From a virus (lineage: Duplodnaviria; Caudoviricetes), in IMG/VR virus record IMGVR_UViG_3300035704_000008, positions 945 to 64,944 of that record: a DNA stretch of 64,000 bases; one strand, written 5' to 3'. The notes under the pieces are model-generated. The model made no database searches. It was not told where the DNA came from and saw nothing but the letters and a program-made list of their open reading frames with translations. Below are positions 9,128 to 19,061 of the stretch, piece after piece (the stretch's first letter is position 1; each line of letters starts with the position of its first letter). The position numbers and the translations under genes are program-made.

Positions 9128-9601
9128 TCAGCCCCACGGGGCGGAGTAGGCGACCCGGTAGGCGCACATGACGACGGCGCCGCCGGCGGACTGCCGGTAG
9201 ATGAACCGGCCGTCGCTCGACCCGTCGAACGTCAGGTGGGTGACCACGGCGGCGGTGGCGGCGTCCTCGGCGGCGGCGAGCAGCACCTTGACGCGGGCCC
9301 GGCGCCCGGCGAGGTCGGCGGGGTCGCCGGTCTGGGAGACGACCAGGCAGTTGACGGTGCCGCGTTCGTCCTGCCCGGTGGTGGTGTCGGCCCACAGCTG
9401 CTGGTAGGTGCCGGCGAGGGCGGTGGCTTCGAGGGTGCCGTCGGCGGCGATGGTGCCGTCGTGGCCGACGATCACGAAGTCGGTGTCGGCGGCGCCGGAG
9501 GGCTGGGCCCCGTCGTAGACGGGGACCCCGGCGAGGGCGGCCGCATTCTGGTAGGCGGCGAGCAGCGCTGTGATCGCGTCGGTGAACCGGGTGACGCTCA
9601 C
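9128..9601 (-). CDS. Tail terminator-like protein
   Basis: GTG 9601 overlaps upstream stop; LAGVPVYDG...FVIVGHDG; lies between connector and tube. Confidence 0.65.
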   Translation of the reverse strand: MSVTRFTDAITALLAAYQNAAALAGVPVYDGAQPSGAADTDFVIVGHDGTIAADGTLEATALAGTYQQLWADTTTGQDERGTVNCLVVSQTGDPADLAGRRARVKVLLAAAEDAATAAVVTHLTFDGSSDGRFIYRQSAGGAVVMCAYRVAYSAPWG

Positions 9602-10482
9602 AGGAACGCCTCGCTGATGAACGGAACGCCGTTCTGGGAGCCGTTGAGGAGCTCGGCGGCCATGTTCGGGATCGCGAACCCGAATCCGGGCACGGTCACC
9701 ATCTCGCCGCCGCCCATAGGGAGCGCAGCGGGACCGCGCTGACTCGTCCACAAATGGGCCAAAACGATCCGGGCGAAGCTGTTGAACGCGGCCGGGACGG
9801 TCGTGCCCCACCCGGCCACGTAGGTGGGATAGCAGACGGGCAACCAGGCGAAGAACGGCCCGTAGAAGGGCAATCCCAGCTTCCTGCGGATGGTTCCGGC
9901 GTTGACGTCGAGGTCGAGGCCGCCGGAGATGTCGATGTTGCTGCCGCTGGCTGAGGCGATGCTGGTGACGGAAACGAGGGGCCGCTGCCGGACCAGGATC
10001 ACGGTCTGGTTCGACATCATCTCGGCGCGTTCGGTCACCACCCGGTTGACCAGCGGCCCCCCGGTCGCCCGCTCGAGGCTGGACTCGATGGTGGCGATGT
10101 ACGACTGGATCTCGGCGTCGGACGTGGTGGTGGCCTGCGGGATGTTGAGCGCGTCCTTGGCGTCCTGCAGCGGCAGGACCGACGTCTCGAAGGGGTCGAA
10201 GACGTCGAATTCGCCGAAGGAGACGCCCGCGCCGGTGCCGGTCGCCGTCCACGTGTACTGGTAGTGACCGGTCGCGGTCAGGTCGGTGACCGGGATGTCC
10301 TGATGGTAGGTGCCGGTGGAATCATTGGCAGGGCTGGCGTAGGTGCCCGTGGTCGCTAGCGTGCCGTCAGCCTGCGCCAGCTTCACCAGCAGGGTCAGCG
10401 TGGTCGCGTCGACCAGGGCGCCGCTAGCGTCCCGGACGGTGGTCGACACACGTACTGGCTGGCCTTGCGGATAGCGCGCCAT
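9598..10482 (-). CDS. Head-tail connector/adaptor with N-terminal beta-rich (Ig-like) domain
   Basis: True start ATG 10482 (MARYPQGQPV); C-half LQDAKDALNI...RPLVSVTSI...YVAGW...LAHLWTSQRG is gp6/gp15-like. Confidence 0.8.
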   Translation of the reverse strand: MARYPQGQPVRVSTTVRDASGALVDATTLTLLVKLAQADGTLATTGTYASPANDSTGTYHQDIPVTDLTATGHYQYTWTATGTGAGVSFGEFDVFDPFETSVLPLQDAKDALNIPQATTTSDAEIQSYIATIESSLERATGGPLVNRVVTERAEMMSNQTVILVRQRPLVSVTSIASASGSNIDISGGLDLDVNAGTIRRKLGLPFYGPFFAWLPVCYPTYVAGWGTTVPAAFNSFARIVLAHLWTSQRGPAALPMGGGEMVTVPGFGFAIPNMAAELLNGSQNGVPFISEAFL

Positions 10483-12314
10483 CAGGACACCGCCGCCCAG
10501 AACAGGTTGGTCGCCGCCGTGCTGGAGCTGAGCGTCAGCGACGACGGCAGGGATGTGCCGCCGGAGCCGTTGACGGCAGTACGGAGAGAGGCGGCGGGCA
10601 GCGCGCCGTTGATCGACTGCGCCGTGGAGTTGGAGGCTTTGAGGAACTGCGGGGCGGTGGTGCCGTTCCACAGGAATCCCGCGTAGATGAACCCGGCCGG
10701 GCCGCCGCCGGGGACGCTGACCGGGCCGCCGGTGATCGCCATCGTCTTCGGGACGGTGCCCGCGGTGCCCCACGCGCTGGCCTGGTCGGCTGTAACGCCC
10801 AGCCGCGTGCCCGAGGAGCTGTACAGGCCGGCGAAGCACTGACCGGAGGTCAGGGTGCCGCCGCCCGCGACGACGGTAGCCACGACGTTCGTGACGGACT
10901 GGGTGAGCGGCCACGGGATCTTGCACAGGATGACCCCGCCCGCAGTGGGCAGCACGGTGCCGCCGCTGCCCATCGCCGGGTCGTAGGTCCACCCGAGATA
11001 GCCGTACTGCTGGGCCGCCTCGTTCACCGCGCTGAGCGGCATCCACGTGCCGGGTGTCCCGGCGGTTACGCATGTCCACAGCGTGCCGTCCTGGGCGGTG
11101 ATGACATCCCCGGCCGAGAATGTCCCGGACGCGGGTGCGCCGGATGCCGTGGCCCCGGCGAGCCGGAATCCGGTCGTAGCGCCCGTGATCCCCCCGAAGA
11201 ACACTGAGGAGAAGAAAAACGCTGAGCTGTTGACGCTGAGGCGGCCGGGAAGGTTCGCCTGCGCCAGGGTGCCGTCCCCGATGACCGGTCCCAGGTAGGT
11301 GAACTGGGTGGACAGGGTCGTGACGTTCGAGGTCGCGAACAGGAAGCCCGCGCCGAAGCTCATGTTCCCGGAGCAGTTGACGATCGTGTTGGAGGTGCTG
11401 CCGTAATTAACCGTCTGGAAGGTGTGCGCCAGGCCGCCGTCCGACTCGACGTTGATGTCGATCTCGCACTGCGCCAGGCCGGAGTCCGACGCCGGGTGGC
11501 CGCCGGGCGCCGAGCCGGTGATCTTCAGTACGGCCTGGGTGAACGAGCTGGATGATGAGGCATAGTTCCCGAACAGCCGCAGCCGGCCGCCGACGAGATA
11601 GGCGCCGTTCTGGAAGACGATGCTGTCGCCCGTGAACGTGGTGTGCTGGACGTAGATGGTGAAGTCGCCGCGGTCGTAACTGCCTGCCGAGGTCGTGGCG
11701 CCGCCGCAGTCGAACACGACGTCCTGCGTGCAGTTGTTCGTCCAGATCGAGGCGACGGCCTGCTCGGACCAGTAGACCTGGTTGTCGAAGTGGACGCCGG
11801 CGTCACCGGCCTTGCTGAAGTTCTGCGCGGCCACGTCGATGCGCAGGCCCAGGATGTCGCCGGCGTGGACCGCGCATGACCCGGCACCGTCGCCGGCGCC
11901 GTCGATGACCGGGCGCCCTATGATGCCCCCGCCTTGCTTCGTCCGGGTGGTGTAGGTGCTGGCGTCGGTGAACCGGAAGCAGCCGCCGGTACCGGTCCAG
12001 TTGATGACCACGCCGGGCGCGCAGATCACCCACTGGTTAGTGGTGAACGGGCCGGCCGTGCTGGCGAGCTTGTATGTTCCGGCGGGCAGGTAGATGAACC
12101 CGCCGGCTGCGGGGATCGCGGCTTGCGCGGCGTTGAATGCGGCTGCCGAGTCGCTGGTCCCGGCCGGGTCGGCGCCGCCTGCAAATGCCGCGTTGAGGAC
12201 GTTGTACCCGGCGCCCATCGCGGTCACCGCGTCGACCACGGCGTTCATGTCGGCGGGGGGGTTGCCGGATCCTACGCTGCGGGTGTCGGGCGGGAGGGTG
12301 AACTGCGCGGGCAT
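10482..12314 (-). CDS. Beta-helix (pectate lyase-3-like) fibre/depolymerase
   Basis: NVLNAAFAGGADPAGTSDSAAAFNAA...GFIYLPAGTY cap motif. Confidence 0.75.
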   Translation of the reverse strand: MPAQFTLPPDTRSVGSGNPPADMNAVVDAVTAMGAGYNVLNAAFAGGADPAGTSDSAAAFNAAQAAIPAAGGFIYLPAGTYKLASTAGPFTTNQWVICAPGVVINWTGTGGCFRFTDASTYTTRTKQGGGIIGRPVIDGAGDGAGSCAVHAGDILGLRIDVAAQNFSKAGDAGVHFDNQVYWSEQAVASIWTNNCTQDVVFDCGGATTSAGSYDRGDFTIYVQHTTFTGDSIVFQNGAYLVGGRLRLFGNYASSSSSFTQAVLKITGSAPGGHPASDSGLAQCEIDINVESDGGLAHTFQTVNYGSTSNTIVNCSGNMSFGAGFLFATSNVTTLSTQFTYLGPVIGDGTLAQANLPGRLSVNSSAFFFSSVFFGGITGATTGFRLAGATASGAPASGTFSAGDVITAQDGTLWTCVTAGTPGTWMPLSAVNEAAQQYGYLGWTYDPAMGSGGTVLPTAGGVILCKIPWPLTQSVTNVVATVVAGGGTLTSGQCFAGLYSSSGTRLGVTADQASAWGTAGTVPKTMAITGGPVSVPGGGPAGFIYAGFLWNGTTAPQFLKASNSTAQSINGALPAASLRTAVNGSGGTSLPSSLTLSSSTAATNLFWAAVS

Positions 12315-12317
12315 CTC

Positions 12318-12543
12318 TAGTTCGGTCCTCCCGTCCTGGTGTCAGTAGCGGTCAGGGTGCCCTCCGGCGCCCCTGCGGGGTAGGCGGCCGGGGTGGTTGA
12401 TTGCGTGCCGTCAGCCTGCGCCAGCTTCACCAGCAGGGTCAGCGTGGTCGCGTTGACGAGGGTGCCGCGTTGACGAGGGTGCCGGTGGTGTCGCGGACGG
12501 TGGTGCTGATGCGAACCGGCTGCCCTTGGGGGTACCTAGCCAC
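12318..12543 (-). pseudogene. Frameshifted duplicate of the connector gene 5' end
   Basis: AGGAGG RBS + GTG; reads MARYPQGQPVRISTTVRD...TLTLLVKLAQADG, near-identical to the 10482 gene; broken by a 17-bp tandem duplication at 12450-12483. Confidence 0.8.
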
Positions 12544-12582
12544 TCGGTCCTCCTGTGCGCGCGTCGCCGTGACGGGCCGCTC

Positions 12583-15500
12583 TCACGATCCCCAGATTTC
12601 GACCCAGAGCACCGCCGCCCCGGCGGTCAGCGCCACCGACTGGGTCACCGAAACGGCAGCCCCCGCCTGGCAGATCTCCAGGCCGCTAGACCGGAACGCC
12701 CCGGCAGAAGATGCCCCGGCGAACAGGGCGAAGCTCCCGGCCGTCCCGTCCGGGAGGTTGAAAATCAGGCTGATCGCCCCGCCGGTTTCGGTGCTTGTCA
12801 CGTGCTGGTTGGCGATGACGAGCATCCGGTGTTGCAAGCCGTCGTTCGGGGGTGTCCACGTGATGACCGTCCCGGTGCCGTTAATCAGGGTGTACCCGGC
12901 CACGGGGGTGGCGGCCTGCAAGGTAAGCCCGGCCTGCCAGGCTGGCAGTCCGGCCGATATGCCGAGAACCTGGCTGGCGCTGCCGACCGCGAGCCGCCCG
13001 GCAGTGCCCGCTGATGATTCGATCTCGATGTCGCCCTTGGCGCTCATCGGGGACAGGGCGTTGTAAGCGGCGGCGGCCGATAGCTGCCCGGTGCCGCCCT
13101 GCGCCACGGGGAGGGCGGACGCCAGGTGCGTGGCCGTGACCGTGGGAGACGGATAGGAGCCGCCGAGATCGCCGCCGGCAGACCCGTTCGGGGGGAGGGC
13201 GGCCGGGATCTGCCCGAATGCCGCCGCGTCGGTGCTGGCGGTCCCGTTCGCCAGGCCGGTGATCTTCTGGCTGTTCAGGCCGACCGCCGCGCCGGGCGGC
13301 TGCAGCGCGGCGATCTGGTCCAGGGTGCCGGTTTCGACGGTCGGCGCGGACGAGGTACCGCCGATGACGATCGAACCGTCCCCGGCGGTGACTGAGGTGA
13401 CCGCGCTGCCCGGCCCGGCGGCCTGGACGACGACGTTGAGGACGTTGCCGGCAACACCGGCGTTCCCGTTCGCTCCGGTGCCTGACGCCAGGCCCGCCGC
13501 ACCTCCGGTCACGGCGGTGGTCCCGCTGTTCGCCCAGGGGGCGAGCGTGTAAATGAGGATCAGGCCGCCCCCGCCGCCGCCAGCGCCTCCGCAGTTACCA
13601 GTGGTAGGCGTGCCGCCGCCGCCGCCAACGGCTGAGAGTGTCCCGGTGTTCGTCATCGCCCAGGCGGCGATCCCGATCACGCCGCCCCCGCTCCCGCCGC
13701 CGCCGCCCTTGTTGGTCCCGTCGCCCCCGCCGCCCGCGCCGCCGCAGCCGCCGCCGAGCTGACGGACACCACCGAAGGCCATGCACCCGGTGGCGAGAAT
13801 CTGCGGCACCCGCAGCATCCAGGTCCCGCTGTTCTGCGAGAATGCGCCTACCCCGCCGGTTCCCGACGACCCGGCGCCTCCCGCGCCGCTGCTGCCGACC
13901 CCGACTGTCGTGGCGGTGCCGTTGCCGCCGGCCGTGCCGTTCCCGGTCTGCCCGGCTCCCCCCGCGACCCCTCCGGCCAGGGTGTCGGTGGCAGTGGCCA
14001 CGCCTGCGGTGCCGTTCGCGGCGCCGTTGTTGCCGTCCGCGCGGATGGTGCCGTTGTTGGTGACCGTCCCCTGGCAGAGGATCCGGTTCCCGTTGACCAG
14101 CAGCGTGACGCCGCTGTTGACCGTCAGGCCGGTGAGCACGCAGTCCCTGGTCATCGTGTACAGCGACCCGGTTTTAGTCGCCCATGACACCGTCGCGGTG
14201 CCGTCCAGGGCGGCCAGCCCGTCGGAGCCGTCGCCGAACGCCCCGTCATAGTTCCCCGACGGCGGGCTGATCGCCTGCCATTTCCCGGTGGCGGAGTTCC
14301 AGGTCGGCACCGTCCCGTTGCCGGGAACCGTCATGCTGGCATCGGCCAGGGTGGTGAGGGTCTGCGTCAGCGTCGTCCCGTTCCACCTGGCCGAGTTCCC
14401 TGACCCGGTCAGCGTCAGCGAGTCCGGCGACAGGACCGCTGCGGCCGTGGTGTCCCCGGCCATCCGCACGTCGTTACGGGCCGCGCCGTTGACGGCCCGC
14501 ATCACGTACCCGGCCGGGCCGATGTTCTGGGAGGTCAGCTGGACGACGTTCCCGGTCGCCCCGTCGAGCACCAGGGAGGCGCAGTTGTTCGGGTTCGCGG
14601 ACTGGTTGACGCCGTTGCCGAGGGCAGTATTGATCTGGTAGACGGTCCCGGTGATCGAGTTGCCCGTGCAGTTCCGCAGGTAGAACCCGGACTGGCCGTT
14701 CTGCTGCGCGTCGCAGCCGGCCAGCGATATCTCGGAGGCCGTGCTGCCCTCGAGGTAGAACCCGCAGCCCCACCCCTCGGCTGACGCGGCGGTGATCTGC
14801 GCCCAGTTCGTGCTGTCGGACGACGGCGCCACCGTGTCGCCGGTGAGGGCGTTCTTCGCGATGTACAGGCTGCCGCTGTAGATGACGCCCTGGGCGGCTG
14901 CCCAGTTCTGCCCGGTGGTCCATACCGGGGCGGTGCCGTTGTTGTACGACTTGCAGCCGGTCAGCCGGTTCGACGAGTGCACCATGAAGAACCCGGCGAG
15001 CGCGGCGCTCTCGGCGTGACAGTCGGACAGTTCGGTGTCAGCGGCGGTGACGTACGCGTTGCCGCCGGTCGCCTCGGTCCACACGCCGATGAGCCGGTTC
15101 CCCGACCGGCCGTTGTGAAAATAGCCGTCCCCCGTGGTCAGCTTGATCCACACGTTGACGAGGATGTGGGTCGGGTCGAAGTCCGGGTCGCTGGACGCCG
15201 CGGAGCTGACCGGGTTGGTGGTGCAGTTGATCCCGTAATTGAACGTCCCCGGGGTCTGCTGGTTCCTGTTCCCGTGGATTTCGAGGTTCCACAGCCCGCA
15301 GAAGAACGCGTTCGGGTCGGTGGTGCCGTTGGTGCTCTTGTGGAACTGGAGGGTATCGCAGTCGGAGTTGGGCAGCAGCTTGATCGCGCTGGTGAGCCAG
15401 CCGGCGCCGCGCAGGTGGACCTGGGTCTGCAGGATGATCGTCTTCGACGTCGCGATCGTCCCCGGCGGCAGGATGATCGTGCCGCCGCCGTTGGCTGATA

Positions 15501-15888
15501 CCTCGGTGATCAGGTTGTTCAGCGCGGTCGCGTTGTCGGTTACCGCGTCGCCGGCGACGCCGTAGTCCGAGGCGTGCCACTCGTCCAGCGGCGACATGGA
15601 GACGTAGTTCGCGGCGGACACGAACGGCGGGTTCCCGGTGCCGGTGGTGAACGACCGGGTGATGAGCAGCCGGTTGCCCTTGTAGACGATGACGTCCCAC
15701 GGGCTGTAGGCCGTGGTGGCGGCGACCGGGCCGCGGTAGTTGAACGAGGGGGCCGTCAGGGTGCCGACGGTGATCTTTTTTGTGGTTCCCGACCCCGCCT
15801 GGGTGGTGTCATGCACGTCCACGACGGGAAGCACGTCATCGGCCTGCGCCGCTGCGAGCGCGGTGAGCTCGCTGATCTTGCTGCTCAT
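12583..15888 (-). CDS. Large multi-domain fibre/spike: beta-helix plus Gly-rich region
   Basis: MSSKISEL N-terminus; DYGVAGDAVTDNATALN...GGTIILPPG; long Gly-rich tract. Confidence 0.8.
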   Translation of the reverse strand: MSSKISELTALAAAQADDVLPVVDVHDTTQAGSGTTKKITVGTLTAPSFNYRGPVAATTAYSPWDVIVYKGNRLLITRSFTTGTGNPPFVSAANYVSMSPLDEWHASDYGVAGDAVTDNATALNNLITEVSANGGGTIILPPGTIATSKTIILQTQVHLRGAGWLTSAIKLLPNSDCDTLQFHKSTNGTTDPNAFFCGLWNLEIHGNRNQQTPGTFNYGINCTTNPVSSAASSDPDFDPTHILVNVWIKLTTGDGYFHNGRSGNRLIGVWTEATGGNAYVTAADTELSDCHAESAALAGFFMVHSSNRLTGCKSYNNGTAPVWTTGQNWAAAQGVIYSGSLYIAKNALTGDTVAPSSDSTNWAQITAASAEGWGCGFYLEGSTASEISLAGCDAQQNGQSGFYLRNCTGNSITGTVYQINTALGNGVNQSANPNNCASLVLDGATGNVVQLTSQNIGPAGYVMRAVNGAARNDVRMAGDTTAAAVLSPDSLTLTGSGNSARWNGTTLTQTLTTLADASMTVPGNGTVPTWNSATGKWQAISPPSGNYDGAFGDGSDGLAALDGTATVSWATKTGSLYTMTRDCVLTGLTVNSGVTLLVNGNRILCQGTVTNNGTIRADGNNGAANGTAGVATATDTLAGGVAGGAGQTGNGTAGGNGTATTVGVGSSGAGGAGSSGTGGVGAFSQNSGTWMLRVPQILATGCMAFGGVRQLGGGCGGAGGGGDGTNKGGGGGSGGGVIGIAAWAMTNTGTLSAVGGGGGTPTTGNCGGAGGGGGGLILIYTLAPWANSGTTAVTGGAAGLASGTGANGNAGVAGNVLNVVVQAAGPGSAVTSVTAGDGSIVIGGTSSAPTVETGTLDQIAALQPPGAAVGLNSQKITGLANGTASTDAAAFGQIPAALPPNGSAGGDLGGSYPSPTVTATHLASALPVAQGGTGQLSAAAAYNALSPMSAKGDIEIESSAGTAGRLAVGSASQVLGISAGLPAWQAGLTLQAATPVAGYTLINGTGTVITWTPPNDGLQHRMLVIANQHVTSTETGGAISLIFNLPDGTAGSFALFAGASSAGAFRSSGLEICQAGAAVSVTQSVALTAGAAVLWVEIWGS

Positions 15889-15891
15889 GCA

Positions 15892-16062
15892 TCAGCTCCC
15901 GGCTTCGTCGAGGATCGTGCTGCCCCCCTCGTCGAGGAGCGAGTTGCCGCCCTCGTCGAGGAGGCCCGGGATAGCTGCCCCTGCTATCCCCGCGGCGGAC
16001 GAGGCCGTCAGGATGCCGTAAGGCGCGGACGAGGCGGTCAGCGTCGCTAGCGGGACCGTCAT
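15892..16062 (-). CDS. Small structural protein with LDEGG repeats
   Basis: Not in track; ...LLDEGGNSLLDEGGSTILDEAGS*, directly before the KISEL fibre gene. Confidence 0.55.
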   Translation of the reverse strand: MTVPLATLTASSAPYGILTASSAAGIAGAAIPGLLDEGGNSLLDEGGSTILDEAGS

Positions 16063-16110
16063 CCCTGGTCCGGTTCCAGGTGCATCCCGGCCTCCTCGTC
16101 ATCGCCGTCG

Positions 16111-16242
16111 TCATGTCCGCTGCCACCGCTGGCAGCCGCACAGCCCGCATCGCAGGTCACCCGGCACGGTGTAATGCTCGTGGGCCTCGCGGGGATGCCC
16201 GCACCGGCAGGGACGCGACCGGAAACGCCCCAGCAGGCGCAT
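16111..16242 (-). CDS. Small Zn-finger-like protein
   Basis: CRCGHPREAHEHY...CGLCGC. Confidence 0.5.
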   Translation of the reverse strand: MRLLGRFRSRPCRCGHPREAHEHYTVPGDLRCGLCGCQRWQRT

Positions 16243-16246
16243 CCGG

Positions 16247-16426
16247 TCAGCCCTTCTCGTCGCTGTCCGCCGCCGGCTCGTGGACGGGGCCGTTGACCTG
16301 GCCGCCGCTGAAATGCGACGCGTCCGTCCCGAACTTCGCCTGCGCCAGGAGCTTCCCCAGCCGGCCGGCGAGGTCCCGGTGATCGCCTTCGGGGGCGTCG
16401 CCCTCGGCCTGCACATGCCACCTCAT
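16247..16426 (-). CDS. Hypothetical protein
   Basis: 59-aa ORF with GAAGG RBS filling the operon gap. Confidence 0.45.
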   Translation of the reverse strand: MRWHVQAEGDAPEGDHRDLAGRLGKLLAQAKFGTDASHFSGGQVNGPVHEPAADSDEKG

Positions 16427-16453
16427 GGCGCCTTCTTTCCGTATGCCTGCGGG

Positions 16454-17059
16454 TCAGCGGTAGGTGCTCGGCCAGATGTCGACCGTGTCCGCGGCGACTG
16501 AGGTGTACCTCACCCCGGCGTCCAGCCACCGCGACACCAGGTCCCAGTCGATCGTCGGCTCGGACTGCTCCCACGTCGCGACGTCCAGCAGACCGCGGCG
16601 GTGCATGATCGCCGGGACGCCGATCTGCCCGTAGCCCGGCGGGTCGGTGCCGATCCGGCAGCTGCCGTGCTGCGTGTGCATGATCATCCGCGAGTACGCG
16701 AACGCGGCATCCGGGTGAGCGTCCAGCGCGGCGGCGAGCACCGAGACGTGTTCTGGCCGGTAGGCGTCGTCGTCGTCGAGATAGGTGATGTACTCGCCCT
16801 TGGCCACGTCGGTGCCGTGCAGCCGCGCCCAGTGGCCCCACCGTGCCGCCGGGTCGTGCTCCGGGAGTTCGGCGAACCGCACGCCCGGCAGCGCCAGGGC
16901 GCCGAGTTTCTCCCGCAGTTCCTCATCCGGCCCGTCGGATACGACGACATGCTCGACGGCCGGGTAGTCCTGCGCCTGCACGGACGGGATGCACCGGCCG
17001 AACAGCAGCGGGTGCCGCTGCCACGTCGGGGTGACCACCGTAACGGTAGGGACGCTCAC
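16454..17059 (-). CDS. GT2 family glycosyltransferase
   Basis: VTVVTPTW, VVVSDG and GEYITYLDDDD motifs. Confidence 0.9.
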   Translation of the reverse strand: MSVPTVTVVTPTWQRHPLLFGRCIPSVQAQDYPAVEHVVVSDGPDEELREKLGALALPGVRFAELPEHDPAARWGHWARLHGTDVAKGEYITYLDDDDAYRPEHVSVLAAALDAHPDAAFAYSRMIMHTQHGSCRIGTDPPGYGQIGVPAIMHRRGLLDVATWEQSEPTIDWDLVSRWLDAGVRYTSVAADTVDIWPSTYR

Positions 17060-17868
17060 CGGTACGACTCCACTGTCTCGGCGAACCTGGCCGGGTCGAA
17101 CGCAGGCCGCCAGTCCAGCCGGTCCCATCCCTCGCCTTCCGCCGCTATCTTCGCCGGGACCTCACCCAGCCGCATCGGCAGGTACACGGTCCCGGCCCGC
17201 GACCCGGTGATGTCCAGGACCATCGACGCCACCTGGTTCACCGTCATCGCCTGCCCGGTCCCGCCGTCGATCGTCACGTCATCCCCGAACTGCACGGCGT
17301 CGGCGAGCAGATGCGCCAGGTCACCGGCGTGGATCAGGTCGACCGTCTGCTCGCCGTCACCCCACACCGGTATCGGCCGGCCGGCCCACGCCGCGGCCGC
17401 GAACGTGGGGACGATCTTCTGCGGGTGGCCGGGGCCGTGTGCCTGGCCGGGCCCGTAGGCGTTGAATGCCCGCACCCGCGAGACCGGCAGGCCAGCATGA
17501 TGGAAGGCCCGCTCGAGTTCCCGTCCGGCGATCTTGCTGGCCGTGTAGACCGACGGGAACACCGCCGGCATGGTGATCCCGGTGTAGCCCGCGCCGGCGT
17601 CTGCCGCGGCGGCGAGGACGTTCGCGGTGCCGATCACGTTGACCGTCAGCGCCTCGGTCACCCGGGCGAACAGCTCCGACGTGCCGAGGATCCCGGCCAG
17701 GTGGATGACGTGCCCGGCGTCGCCGAGGTCGAGCGGGTGCCGGATGTCATGGCCGGGCAGGTCGTAGGGCACTGCCTCGATGCCCGAGGCGGCCAGGTGG
17801 CTGGTGACGGCGCGGCCGATGAACCCGGCGGCGCCGGTGACGGCGATTTTCATCCGGCGAGCCGCCAT
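17056..17868 (-). CDS. NAD-dependent nucleotide-sugar epimerase/dehydratase
   Basis: VTGAAGFIG, YTASK, FNAYGPGQ, VWGDGEQTVD. Confidence 0.9.
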   Translation of the reverse strand: MAARRMKIAVTGAAGFIGRAVTSHLAASGIEAVPYDLPGHDIRHPLDLGDAGHVIHLAGILGTSELFARVTEALTVNVIGTANVLAAAADAGAGYTGITMPAVFPSVYTASKIAGRELERAFHHAGLPVSRVRAFNAYGPGQAHGPGHPQKIVPTFAAAAWAGRPIPVWGDGEQTVDLIHAGDLAHLLADAVQFGDDVTIDGGTGQAMTVNQVASMVLDITGSRAGTVYLPMRLGEVPAKIAAEGEGWDRLDWRPAFDPARFAETVESYR

Positions 17869-18497
17869 TCGTCCACCTGTGCGCTCATCGTCTCCAGCCC
17901 GTCATCCGGCAGCACCGGCAGCATGTTGTGCGCGTCCACCGGCCCGGACGCCCCGATCCACCGTTCGGCCTCCCACCGGTCACCGTCGGCCAGCGGCGCG
18001 AGCCGCCGCAGGAAGGACAGGTTGGCCCACCAGAAGTTCCCGCCGAACCAGCACCGCCACGGCGGCACCGGGCACCCCCAGTACCGCTCCGCGGTCAGCC
18101 AGTGCGGCCCGGCGCAGTCATGCTCGTCGAGCGCCGCGACGGCCTGCTCCCATTTCCCGGCGCAGTAGTACGTCATCCGCCGCCGCCACAGGATGTTCCG
18201 CCGGGACGGGTCCGCCGCGCCCTTGGTGTGCGCGTAGAACGCCTTGCCGTCGAGCGCCGCGAACGCGTGCAGCTTGCGGAGGGTAACTTCCTCATGCCCG
18301 GCGGCGGCCGTGGCCGCGATCTGCCAGCCGCCGAGCTCGGCGATGGCCGCCTGGCAGTTCGCGGGCCGGCCGACGATCCCGGCGGCCTTGTAGTCCAGTG
18401 CCGCGCCGAGCCCGGAGGCCTTCAGGGCGGCCAGGTGCTCGGCCAGCGGGTCCTGCCACGCGCCGTCCGCCCAGACGTGGTAGAAGTGCGCCAGCAT
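17850..18497 (-). CDS. Putative glycosyltransferase-like protein (HTKG...GNFWWA type)
   Basis: YAHTKG and FGGNFWWA motifs; embedded in the sugar cluster. Confidence 0.55.
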   Translation of the reverse strand: MLAHFYHVWADGAWQDPLAEHLAALKASGLGAALDYKAAGIVGRPANCQAAIAELGGWQIAATAAAGHEEVTLRKLHAFAALDGKAFYAHTKGAADPSRRNILWRRRMTYYCAGKWEQAVAALDEHDCAGPHWLTAERYWGCPVPPWRCWFGGNFWWANLSFLRRLAPLADGDRWEAERWIGASGPVDAHNMLPVLPDDGLETMSAQVDEWRLAG

Positions 18498-19060
18498 CAG
18501 CGGGGCGGGCCGGGCTCGACGACGGCCAGGCCCTCCGCCATCCCCGCGCCGTCCCACCCCTCCGGCTTGCGGGCCAGCAGGAACACGCCCGGCGACGCCG
18601 GATCCGGGTCATGCTCCAGCTGCAGCACGTCCAGCCCGCACGCCTCCGCGATCCCGTCCATGTGGTCCACGGTGAACCGCTGGAAGTCACCGGGGTGCGG
18701 ATGGTACGGGAACCCCGGCCCGCGGGCCGTCAGCAGCAGCACGCCGCCCGGGGCGAGCACCCTGGCGATCCCGGCCACCGCGCCGCGCCAGTCCTCCGCG
18801 TGCTCGAGCATTTCGGTTGAGATCACCACGTCCGCGGTGGCCTCGCCGAGCACCTCGGGGAGCTTCTCCGCCGGGCACACCAGGTCGACGCCCGGCCCCG
18901 GCTGCGCGTCAGTGGCGGCGTACGACGCCGGGCCCATCGCCTCGTACACGCTGCGGACGGACCCGTTGTAGTCGTACGCGCCCGCCTCGACGACCCGGCG
19001 GTCCCTGATGTCCGCCGGGGTCAGCGCCCGCGACGCCCAGATGTACGCGGTGGGGTGCAA
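18497..19060 (-). CDS. Class I SAM-dependent methyltransferase
   Basis: VVEAGAYD, DVVISTEMLEH, LAPGGVLLL. Confidence 0.85.
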   Translation of the reverse strand: MHPTAYIWASRALTPADIRDRRVVEAGAYDYNGSVRSVYEAMGPASYAATDAQPGPGVDLVCPAEKLPEVLGEATADVVISTEMLEHAEDWRGAVAGIARVLAPGGVLLLTARGPGFPYHPHPGDFQRFTVDHMDGIAEACGLDVLQLEHDPDPASPGVFLLARKPEGWDGAGMAEGLAVVEPGPPR

Positions 19061-19061
19061 G

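Noticed and set aside
13550-14050. GCC/CCG-rich repetitive DNA
   Set aside because: Explained by the Gly-rich coding region of the fibre protein (3-nt period).
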